Below are positions 56,771 through 64,000 of a DNA stretch of 64,000 nucleotides, in pieces. Numbering within the stretch: the first letter of the stretch is position 1; every line of letters begins with the position of its first letter. The translations under genes and the position numbers were made by a program. Where the stretch lies: NCBI GenBank assembly GCA_022703055.1, contig JAKLEP010000001.1, forward strand, positions 90,850 through 154,849, given 5' to 3'. The stretch comes from Candidatus Omnitrophota bacterium (GTDB lineage: Bacteria > Omnitrophota > Gorgyraeia > VGKH01). Below the pieces are notes generated by a model. It saw only the letters and a list, made by a program, of their open reading frames with translations, did no database searches and was not told where the DNA came from.

Positions 56771-57304
56771 ATGAAGCGCTTATTTATTGATTTAGACAAA
56801 TGTAACCAGTGCCCTGAATGCGTTGTAGCCTGCAGCTATATGTATCATCCTCAGCCTTTTGTGGAAAAAGGCGCAGGCCCAGAGAGAAAATCCAATATGG
56901 GTATAACATCGCTACGCGAATACGCGACTTTCGCACTTTTCTGCAGGCACTGTGAAGAAGCGCCTTGTGTTAATTCTTGTTATCATGACGCTTTAGAGCG
57001 GCAGTCCGACGGGCATCTCAAGCGCTACAAGATGCGTTGCACTAGCTGTAAATCCTGCGCGGTAGCCTGTCCTTTTGGGACGATCTTTCCAGATTTTATT
57101 CCTTATTTAGATTCGCGCTGCGATTATTGTTTAGGTAGAGTTGAAAGCGAGTCTCCGGTTTGCCTTGCTAGCTGTCCATATAAGGCAGTTGAGGTTAAAG
57201 AGGTCAAAGAAGAACCGGAAAACAACATATATTTAGTCGGAGAGCATTTGGCGGTAAAATCAAGAAAGTGGAGCAGGGAAGATATCCAGTTTAAAAAGAA
57301 ATGA
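56771..57304 (+). CDS. HycB-like polyferredoxin (four Cys-cluster motifs)
   Basis: 177 aa. CNQCPECVVAC, CRHCEEAPCVNSC, CTSCKSCAVACP and CDYC...CLASCP. Confidence 0.8.
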   Translation: MKRLFIDLDKCNQCPECVVACSYMYHPQPFVEKGAGPERKSNMGITSLREYATFALFCRHCEEAPCVNSCYHDALERQSDGHLKRYKMRCTSCKSCAVACPFGTIFPDFIPYLDSRCDYCLGRVESESPVCLASCPYKAVEVKEVKEEPENNIYLVGEHLAVKSRKWSREDIQFKKK

Positions 57305-58209
57305 TATTCTTTAATTATTTTATTTTTCCGGGATTTTTATTCACTGCCGTTATAGGCATGCTGGCAAGCTGGGTAGATAGAAAAGTAACAGCACGAGTCC
57401 AGTGGCGGCAAGGTCCGCCCTGGTATCAGAGCTTTGCCGATTTCATCAAACTTTTAGGTAAAGAAGTTATAGTTCCCAGGCAAAACAGGCGCCTTTTTTT
57501 GGTTGCGCCGCTTTTAGCATTGGCTAGCGTTACGGTAGTAGCGACTCTTTTGGGGCGCTCGATGTTGCGTCCGCAGGAAAGTTTCCTTGGAGATTTGATT
57601 GTTGTAATATATTTATTGACCATCCCGGCAACGGCGTTAATTCTCGGAGCCAGCGCTTCGGCAAATCCTTTAGCTAGCGTCGGAGCCTCCAGAGAAATAA
57701 AATTAGTTTTAAGCTATGAGTTGCCGTTTTTGTTATCTATGGCCATCGTGATATTAAAATCAGGGGGCCTTATTCGGATAAATGATATAATCAGGTATCA
57801 AATGGTAAACGGCTCGATTTTGAGTTCTGCTTCGGGGGCGGTTGCTTTTGTAGCGGCAATTTTATGCATGCAAGCAAAATTAGGTTTTGTGCCTTTTGAT
57901 ATGTCCGAGGCTGAACAAGAAATCATGGCTGGTGCGCTTATTGAGTATTCCGGCGCTCCCTTAGCTATTTTTAAATTGACTAAACAGATGTTATTGGTCG
58001 TCCTGCCAATCTTTTTGATTTCATTATTCTGGGCCAATAATCTTAGTGTTATGTGGGTAATTTTGAAATATGTTATTCTTTTGGTGATTATAATATTGAT
58101 TAAGAATACCAACCCCCGAGTTAAAATTGATCAAGCGACCAGATTTTTCTGGGGGCCGATGACCGTTATTTGTATCATCGGAGTAATTTTGGCATTAATA
58201 GGATATTGA
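57301..58209 (+). CDS. group-4 hydrogenase membrane subunit, NuoH/HycD/MbhM-like
   Basis: 302 aa, about 8 TM helices. RKVTARVQWRQGP and EAEQEI..G...EYSG motifs of the complex I subunit 1 family. Confidence 0.8.
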   Translation: MIFFNYFIFPGFLFTAVIGMLASWVDRKVTARVQWRQGPPWYQSFADFIKLLGKEVIVPRQNRRLFLVAPLLALASVTVVATLLGRSMLRPQESFLGDLIVVIYLLTIPATALILGASASANPLASVGASREIKLVLSYELPFLLSMAIVILKSGGLIRINDIIRYQMVNGSILSSASGAVAFVAAILCMQAKLGFVPFDMSEAEQEIMAGALIEYSGAPLAIFKLTKQMLLVVLPIFLISLFWANNLSVMWVILKYVILLVIIILIKNTNPRVKIDQATRFFWGPMTVICIIGVILALIGY

Positions 58210-58210
58210 A

Positions 58211-58636
58211 ATGAATCTTAAGCTAAAGGCATTAACTAAATCTATTTGGGTATTTCATTTCGCAGCCAGCCCTTGCAATAACTGTGATATTGAAATACTG
58301 GATTTGTTGACTCCGCGTCATGATGTCGAGCGTTTCGGAATCCAGCTAGTCGGCAGCATCCGTCACGCCGACGTTTTATTGGTTACTGGAGTTCCTAATT
58401 CCAAAACCGGCCCTAAACTAAAAGAGGTTTTTGCCCAAGCTCCGAAGCCATGTTTTGTTGTGGCTGTTGGTGCTTGTGCTTTAGGCGGATGCACTTTCAG
58501 GGGCTCTTATAATGTTAAAGGCACGGTTGACGATTGGATTCCGGTTAACGCCTACGTTCCCGGTTGCCCTCCGAAGCCCGAGGCGATGATTGCGGGAATA
58601 GTTAAATTGTTAAATTCATTGAAAGAGAAGAAATGA
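58211..58636 (+). CDS. group-4 [NiFe]-hydrogenase small subunit, NuoB/HycG/MbhJ-like
   Basis: 141 aa. CNNCDIE, GACALGG and PGCPPKPE supply the four Cys ligands of the proximal [4Fe-4S] cluster. Confidence 0.85.
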   Translation: MNLKLKALTKSIWVFHFAASPCNNCDIEILDLLTPRHDVERFGIQLVGSIRHADVLLVTGVPNSKTGPKLKEVFAQAPKPCFVVAVGACALGGCTFRGSYNVKGTVDDWIPVNAYVPGCPPKPEAMIAGIVKLLNSLKEKK

Positions 58637-59103
58637 CAGACACTATAAAAGAAATTAAGAAAAGTTTAGGCAAAAAGATATTAAATACCCAAGAACATTC
58701 CGAAAAAAGAATCTATTTTGATATCGATAAAAAAGATATCGTTGAGGTTGCCAAATTTTTATTCAAAGAAATGGGGTTGCGTTTTTCTACGGCTACTGGT
58801 GTCGATACTCCTAGAGGTTTGGAAATACTATATCATTTTGCCGACGATAAAGAAGGCAGGCTAATCAATATCCGTGTTTTGCTTGAGGACAAGAAGAAGC
58901 CGGAGATTGATTCTATAGCTAAATTCATGAAGGCAGCGGAATGGATAGAGCGTGAAATTTGGGAATTATTAGGCGTAAATTTCCTCGGCCATCCGGATTT
59001 AAGGCACTTACTGTTAATAGACGATTGGCCTAAAGATGATTTTCCGTTGAGGCACGATCACGAACACGATCACGAACACAATAAAAAGGAAGAGCACAAA
59101 TGA
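58633..59103 (+). CDS. NuoC/MbhK-like 30-kDa-family subunit with a His-rich C-terminal tail
   Basis: 156 aa. AEWIEREIWELLGV.F.GHPDLR.LL motif. The tail is RHDHEHDHEHNKKEEHK. Confidence 0.8.
   Translation: MTDTIKEIKKSLGKKILNTQEHSEKRIYFDIDKKDIVEVAKFLFKEMGLRFSTATGVDTPRGLEILYHFADDKEGRLINIRVLLEDKKKPEIDSIAKFMKAAEWIEREIWELLGVNFLGHPDLRHLLLIDDWPKDDFPLRHDHEHDHEHNKKEEHK
59053..59076 (+). repeat. 12-bp tandem duplication (CACGATCACGAA x2) encoding HDHE-HDHE
   Basis: Two identical adjacent 12-mers at 59053-59064 and 59065-59076, inside the NuoC-like gene tail. Confidence 0.9.
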
Positions 59104-60290
59104 GTCATAAAGTAGTTATCCCTATAGGGCCATATCATCCTTTGCAGGAAGAACCGGAATTTTTCCGGCTTTATGTCGAAGGTGAAAAGGTAGTCGATAT
59201 TGATATTGTTATCGGCTACGTTCATAGAGGCATTGAGCAGCTTTCCGAGACCAAACATTTTGACCAGGTGGCGTTTCTGGTAGAGCGTATCTGCGGGATT
59301 TGCTCGACCAGCCATCCGTTTGCCTATGTAAATGCTATTGATGATTTGACCAAGGTTGAAGTTCCCCAGAGGGCACTTTATATCAGGACAATCATTGCTG
59401 AGTTAGAGAGAATACATAGTCATCTCCTCTGGCTGGGTTTGGCAGGGCATTTTATCGGTTACAACACCGTCTGGATGTGGTCATGGAAATACCGCGAGCC
59501 GGTTTTAGATATTTTTGAGTTGATTTCTGGAAATAGAAATCATTATGCGATGATGAAGCCCGGCGGTGTCCGGAGAGATATTAAAGAAGAAGATATACCT
59601 AGAATCAAAAAATGTGTCGACGATTTAGTACCGATTTTAAACATGTTCAAGGGTGCTGTCATGGATGATCCGGTTATCCAGGCCAGGACTAAAGGCGTCG
59701 GCGTGTTGACGAAGCAGCAGGCTATTGCTTATAGCGCAGTCGGTCCGACGGCAAGGGCATCGGGAGTCAAGATTGATGTGAGAAAAGACCATCCTTACGG
59801 AGCGTATAACTTTCTTGATTGGAACATAATCACTCAAGAAGACGGCGATGTTTTTGCCAAACTCATCGTTAGAGTCCTGGAGATGTATGAAAGCATCAAG
59901 ATTATCCGACAGTGCTTAGATAAGATGCCTAAAGGTCCGATCGATGCAAATTTGAAAGACATACCCGAGGGAGAAGGGATAGGTCATATCGAGGCGCCTC
60001 GCGGCGAATGTTTCCACTATATAAGAAGCGACGGAACCAACAGGCCCATAAGGCATAAAATCCGCGCGCCAAGCTACATGAATGTCGCCTCCAATAAGGT
60101 TTCTGCCGTCGGAGGAACGATTTCCGATGCGGCGATTACTTTGGCTGCGGTTGACCCTTGTTATTGCTGCACTGAAAGAGTGGCAGTGTTTAATAAGGGT
60201 AGCGATAAAAAGATTTTAAACGGCTGGGACCTGATAAAATTATCTCAAGAAAAAACCGAAAAATTACGAAAAGAGATATTCAATAAATGA
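59100..60290 (+). CDS. group-4 [NiFe]-hydrogenase large (catalytic) subunit, NuoD/MbhL/EchE-like
   Basis: 396 aa. N-terminal RICGICSTSH and C-terminal DPCYCCTER (60153-60179) provide the four Ni-Fe cysteine ligands. A 36-aa extension follows the second motif. Confidence 0.9.
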   Translation: MSHKVVIPIGPYHPLQEEPEFFRLYVEGEKVVDIDIVIGYVHRGIEQLSETKHFDQVAFLVERICGICSTSHPFAYVNAIDDLTKVEVPQRALYIRTIIAELERIHSHLLWLGLAGHFIGYNTVWMWSWKYREPVLDIFELISGNRNHYAMMKPGGVRRDIKEEDIPRIKKCVDDLVPILNMFKGAVMDDPVIQARTKGVGVLTKQQAIAYSAVGPTARASGVKIDVRKDHPYGAYNFLDWNIITQEDGDVFAKLIVRVLEMYESIKIIRQCLDKMPKGPIDANLKDIPEGEGIGHIEAPRGECFHYIRSDGTNRPIRHKIRAPSYMNVASNKVSAVGGTISDAAITLAAVDPCYCCTERVAVFNKGSDKKILNGWDLIKLSQEKTEKLRKEIFNK

Positions 60291-61933
60291 GCGCTTTAAT
60301 CGCAAAATTTTATCCGATGCTTATAGTAGATAATTTAAGCCGATTTATCTTCTGGGCGATACTGCTATTTGGAGCTTTAATTGCTGTCTATTCCTTTCGC
60401 TTTATGAAAGAAAAAGAAGGGTTGGCCAAATATTATCTCTACCTGATTTTTACCATAATAGCTTCTCTGGGCGTTGTTTTGTCCAATAATCTGATTTTGC
60501 TTTTGGTGTTTTGGGGATTTCTGGGGTTCACGCTATATTCGCTTATAAATATCGAAGCTAGCGCTTCTGCCACGGCTAAAAAGACTCTTATTATCGTGGG
60601 CGGAACAGATACGCTTATGCTTTTGGGCATAGCGATTATTTGGAATTTATCACAGACATTCCGCATAGACCAGATGAGAATCGCCTTAGACCAACCCATA
60701 GCGGTTTTTGCTTACATCCTTTTGGCCTGCGCTTGCTTTGCCAAGGCGGGTGCGCTGCCGTTTCATTCCTGGGTTCCCGATTGCGCCAAGGATGCACCTC
60801 TTCCGGTTGTGGCTTTGTTACCAGCTTCGCTTGATAAATTATTGGGGATTTATCTTCTAGTGCGCTTGTCATTAAATATATTTGTTATGAATAATGCTAT
60901 GAATTTATTCTTGATGATAGTCGGTGCTGTGACGATAGTCGCAGCCGTCATTATGGCGCTGGTTCAGCATGATTTAAAACGCCTGCTAGGATACCATGCT
61001 GTTTCACAGGTTGGATATATGGTTTTAGGGATTGGAACGGGTAGCCTCATAGGTATCGCCGGTAGTATATTCCATATGCTTAACAATGCAATTTATAAAA
61101 GCTGTTTATTTTTGACCGCCGGAGATGTGGAGTCTCAGACAAAAACCACCGACCTGGATATGCTCGGCGGCTTGGCAAAATTTATGCCCATAACTTTTGC
61201 AGGAGCTTTAATCGCAAGCTTTTCTATTTCAGGCGTCCCCCCATTTAATGGGTTTGTTTCGAAATGGATGATTTATCAAGGGCTGGTTGAGAGGATTGCT
61301 GCTCAAAAAACTGTGGTGATCAGCGTGTTGTGTTTGCTGGCTGCGATGTTCGGTTCGGCTCTGACCTTAGCCAGCTTTATGAAATTAATCCATGCTGCAT
61401 TTTTAGGAACGGAAGGCGCACATAAAAAGGTAAGCGAGGTCCATTGGACGATGTGGCTGCCGGTTATGATTTTAGCGCTGCTTTGTGCCGTCTTCGGAAT
61501 ATTTGCCAAACAGATTCCTTTGAATAAATTTGTTTTCCCGGCGGTGGGGGCTGGGGAATTCGTCGGTTTCTGGGCTTCGAGCTGGGCGACATTGTTGATA
61601 CTGTTCGGTATCCTGATAGGATTCTTGATTTATTTTCTGGGAAATACCAAAGGATTGATCCGCGAAGATAATAATTATATCGGCGGAGGAGCTGTTGGGC
61701 AAGACGAGAGGGTCTCGGGAGTGGATTTTTACAATGCGATTAGAGAATTGAAATTCTTTAAATATCTTTACAAAAAAGAAGAGGGGAAATACTTCGATAT
61801 TTACGAACAGGGTAAGAATTTACTGGGGTTTGTCGGAAAATTATTCCAATTTTTGCATAATGGAGTCCTGCCGACATATTTAGTTTGGGCGCTTTTGGGC
61901 ACAGCAGTTTTATTTTTGACTTTAATTAGGTAA
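60287..61933 (+). CDS. proton/sodium-conducting antiporter-like subunit (NuoL/M/N, HycC, MbhH family)
   Basis: 548 aa, about 14 TM helices. PFHSWVPDCAKDAPLPVVALL and HAVSQVGYM motifs. Confidence 0.8.
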   Translation: MSALIAKFYPMLIVDNLSRFIFWAILLFGALIAVYSFRFMKEKEGLAKYYLYLIFTIIASLGVVLSNNLILLLVFWGFLGFTLYSLINIEASASATAKKTLIIVGGTDTLMLLGIAIIWNLSQTFRIDQMRIALDQPIAVFAYILLACACFAKAGALPFHSWVPDCAKDAPLPVVALLPASLDKLLGIYLLVRLSLNIFVMNNAMNLFLMIVGAVTIVAAVIMALVQHDLKRLLGYHAVSQVGYMVLGIGTGSLIGIAGSIFHMLNNAIYKSCLFLTAGDVESQTKTTDLDMLGGLAKFMPITFAGALIASFSISGVPPFNGFVSKWMIYQGLVERIAAQKTVVISVLCLLAAMFGSALTLASFMKLIHAAFLGTEGAHKKVSEVHWTMWLPVMILALLCAVFGIFAKQIPLNKFVFPAVGAGEFVGFWASSWATLLILFGILIGFLIYFLGNTKGLIREDNNYIGGGAVGQDERVSGVDFYNAIRELKFFKYLYKKEEGKYFDIYEQGKNLLGFVGKLFQFLHNGVLPTYLVWALLGTAVLFLTLIR

Positions 61934-61934
61934 T

Positions 61935-62474
61935 ATGGAACTGTACATACTTTTAATATTTATGATTTTTGCGGCGTTGGTCGCAATAGAAGTCAAAGAC
62001 CTTCTATCAAGCGTTATCGCCATGGGCGCAGTTGGTTTTTCCCTCTGTTTGGCATTTTTGATTTTGAAAGCGCCGGATCTGGCGATTACCCAGTTGGTAG
62101 TCGAGATTTTATGCCTGATTATTTTAATCCGCGCCACGACTCGGAAGGATATTCCTTTGGTGGTGGAGGGCAGATGGGTATTTAATACAGTTTCTACCGC
62201 GGTTTTTATGGCAGTGTTTCTTTTCTTCGCCTTCCATGCTTTAAAGGAATTGCCGTTTTTCGGTCAGCCTCTGATGTCGGTAGTAAAAAAATATTTGGAA
62301 GAAGGTATGTCCAAGACTGGAGCGGTCAATTTGGTTGCGGCAGTAATATTGGATTTCAGGGCTTACGATACTTTGGGCGAGGTGGCAGTTTTGTTTACTT
62401 CGGTCGTAGGGATTATGGCGGTTTTGCGCCGTCCCGGCAGAAACAATCTAAAGGAAAAAAATCATGAAAGATGA
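61935..62474 (+). CDS. Mrp-type subunit (MbhD/DUF4040 fused to the MnhB N-terminal region)
   Basis: 179 aa. APDLAITQLVVE (DUF4040) and NLVAAVILDFRAYDTLGE (MnhB-type) motifs. Confidence 0.65.
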   Translation: MELYILLIFMIFAALVAIEVKDLLSSVIAMGAVGFSLCLAFLILKAPDLAITQLVVEILCLIILIRATTRKDIPLVVEGRWVFNTVSTAVFMAVFLFFAFHALKELPFFGQPLMSVVKKYLEEGMSKTGAVNLVAAVILDFRAYDTLGEVAVLFTSVVGIMAVLRRPGRNNLKEKNHER

Positions 62475-62913
62475 TTCAAAGATAGGAATGTCATTGATAG
62501 TTAAGACGATTACGCGTTTGATCGTCGGGCCGATATTGATATTTGGCGCATATATTATGCTACGCGGGCATCTTTCTCCTGGCGGCGGATTCGCCGGTGG
62601 GGTAATTATCGCTTTGTCTTTCGTGCTTTTGATTTTAGCTTTCGGCAGGGATGCTAAAGTTTCAAAAGTATCCATCAATCTTGCCTCTAACTTAGAGAGT
62701 ATCGGAGCGTTGATGTTTTTATGCGTGGCTTTGCTGGGATTTCTGGGAGGTTCGTTTTTCTTAAATATCTTAAACAAAGGCGTTCCTTTCAAATTATTCA
62801 GCGCCGGCACTATACCTTTGAGCAATTTATCCATTGGCCTGAAGGTAGGCGTAGGCCTATTTGCCATATTCTTAGCCTTGGTTATATTGGAAGGGACAAA
62901 GAAGAATAAATGA
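62464..62913 (+). CDS. Na+/H+ antiporter MnhB-domain subunit (MbhF-like)
   Basis: 149 aa. GHLSPGGGFAGG motif and 4 TM helices. Confidence 0.7.
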   Translation: MKDDSKIGMSLIVKTITRLIVGPILIFGAYIMLRGHLSPGGGFAGGVIIALSFVLLILAFGRDAKVSKVSINLASNLESIGALMFLCVALLGFLGGSFFLNILNKGVPFKLFSAGTIPLSNLSIGLKVGVGLFAIFLALVILEGTKKNK

Positions 62914-63248
62914 CGATTTATTTCTTGTGTTTTATTTTGTTTTGCATCGGACTTTACGGGATTTTACGCAAGCGTAATCTCGTGAAGATCATAATCGGTT
63001 TTAGCATCTTAGGGTATGCCATGAATCTATTTATGGTTTTATTAGGCTATCGTTTTCAGGGAAGGGCTCCGATAGATTCGAATGCCCAGGATATATTAAA
63101 TATGGTTGATCCGATACCCCAAGGATTAGTTTTGACTTCGATTGTTATTGGCCTTGGCATAACCGCATTGCTTATTTCTGTCGCTATAAGAATTTATGAA
63201 AAATACGGAACGTTTGATATCACTAAAATAAAGAGGCTTAAAGGCTAA
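62910..63248 (+). CDS. MnhC / NuoK-like subunit (MbhG-like)
   Basis: 112 aa, 3 TM helices. The Y.ILRKRNLVKIIIG..IL pattern is typical of MrpC/NuoK. Confidence 0.75.
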   Translation: MTIYFLCFILFCIGLYGILRKRNLVKIIIGFSILGYAMNLFMVLLGYRFQGRAPIDSNAQDILNMVDPIPQGLVLTSIVIGLGITALLISVAIRIYEKYGTFDITKIKRLKG

Positions 63249-64000
63249 TGCATAATCCGTTTTTTGTGACATATTTTGTGATTATCCCGCTATTGAGTGC
63301 TTTCCTTATTTCTATCATAGGCAAATATGTAAAGCATAGATATGTAGAGATGGTCGCTTCCATATCCTGTTTCTTGCTTTTAGTTTTTTCTTTGCAGGGC
63401 TTGAATATTCTGCGCAAAGCTTCAGATAGCGTTTTGGTTTACAAGCTGGGAGGATGGGCGCTGCCTTTTGGCATTTGTATGGTTTTTGACGGCTTGGCCG
63501 GTTTCATGCTTTTTACCGTCAATTTAATCGCTTTTCTTATCTGTTTATATTCCATAAACTATATGGAAAAATATACCGATAAGCCGAAATTCTTCACTTT
63601 ATTCTTTTTGATGCTTACCGGTATGAATGGTTTGATAATCACCGGAGATCTATTCAATCTATTTGTATTTCTGGAAGTCGCTTCCATATCCAGTTACGCT
63701 CTGGTGGCTTTCGGGACAGAGGCAGAGGAGCTGGAAGCTTCTTTTAAATATGCGATTATGGGTTCAGTTGCTTCGTGTTTTATTTTCCTCGGCATAGCCT
63801 TATTGTATGGATTTGCTTCAACTTTAAATATGGCCGATATGGCCAATGTATTGAGCACAAAACCCAGTAACTGGCTTATTCCGTTTGTGTCGGTGCTTTT
63901 TTTGATGGGGTTCGGATTAAAGGCGGCCCTGGTGCCGTTTCATGGTTGGTTGCCCGACGCCCATTCATCTGCACCGGCTTCGATTTCGGCAATGCTATCG
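63248..64000 (+). CDS. second antiporter-like subunit (MnhD/NuoN/MbhH family), 3' truncated by the window edge
   Basis: Not in the ORF track because it has no stop. The ATG at 63248 overlaps the previous TAA (TAATG). My translation reads MHNPFFVTYFVIIPLL...FNLFVFLEVASISSYALVAF...AALVPFHGWLPDAHSSAPASISAMLS, a typical proton-conducting subunit signature. Confidence 0.75.
   Translation, partial: MHNPFFVTYFVIIPLLSAFLISIIGKYVKHRYVEMVASISCFLLLVFSLQGLNILRKASDSVLVYKLGGWALPFGICMVFDGLAGFMLFTVNLIAFLICLYSINYMEKYTDKPKFFTLFFLMLTGMNGLIITGDLFNLFVFLEVASISSYALVAFGTEAEELEASFKYAIMGSVASCFIFLGIALLYGFASTLNMADMANVLSTKPSNWLIPFVSVLFLMGFGLKAALVPFHGWLPDAHSSAPASISAMLS

Noticed and set aside
1-64000. Search by eye for CRISPR arrays, IS elements, prophage or defence-system genes, and rRNA
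   Set aside because: I noticed no regularly spaced direct repeats, transposase, integrase or recombinase motifs, restriction-modification or toxin-antitoxin pairs, or rRNA-like sequence. The only repeats are the 12-bp duplication at 59053-59076 and the diverged tandem permease paralogs. A computational repeat search would be needed to exclude short dispersed repeats.

Overview
Gene-dense, AT-rich (by eye, not computed) bacterial chromosomal segment. Nearly all genes are on the + strand, many with overlapping or abutting stop/start codons. The envelope gene content indicates a diderm organism: BamD-like, LptE-like, LpxL-type acyltransferase, Lnt, an OprB-type porin, MurJ and type IV pilus parts. 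Several core proteins are unusually short (UvrC, HolA, ComEC), which fits a streamlined, probably uncultivated lineage; the taxon cannot be established from sequence alone. I support about 63 CDS, two tRNAs (Leu-CAA and Ala-GGC on the minus strand), a programmed +1 frameshift in prfB, several sigma70-like promoters, three operator-like dyads and a few intrinsic terminators. I saw no rRNA, CRISPR array, transposase, integrase or prophage genes. Most of the window is housekeeping: accA, leuS, secA, lnt, prfB, rpsT, murJ, uvrC, nfo, hppA. Three loci deserve a second look. (1) 54.9-64.0 kb: a tightly coupled operon joins a bona fide group-4 membrane-bound [NiFe]-hydrogenase and an Mrp-type antiporter module to a sulfhydrogenase/AsrAB-type NAD(P)-binding beta/gamma module through a HycB-like polyferredoxin. 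(2) 52.4-54.8 kb, immediately upstream: a nikR gene with a NikR-style dyad over its own promoter, then an OprB-type porin and two paralogous small His-bearing membrane proteins I cannot assign to a family. This is a candidate nickel-acquisition unit feeding the hydrogenase. (3) 6.1-13.0 kb: a PadR regulator and an operator-bearing consensus promoter, then an acyl-CoA ligase, an MMPL/RND pump, a LolA-like periplasmic protein and a DUF1302-like outer-membrane barrel. Together these could form an envelope-spanning lipid or hydrophobe transport system. All functional calls rest on motif and family recognition in the supplied translations; no database search was run.
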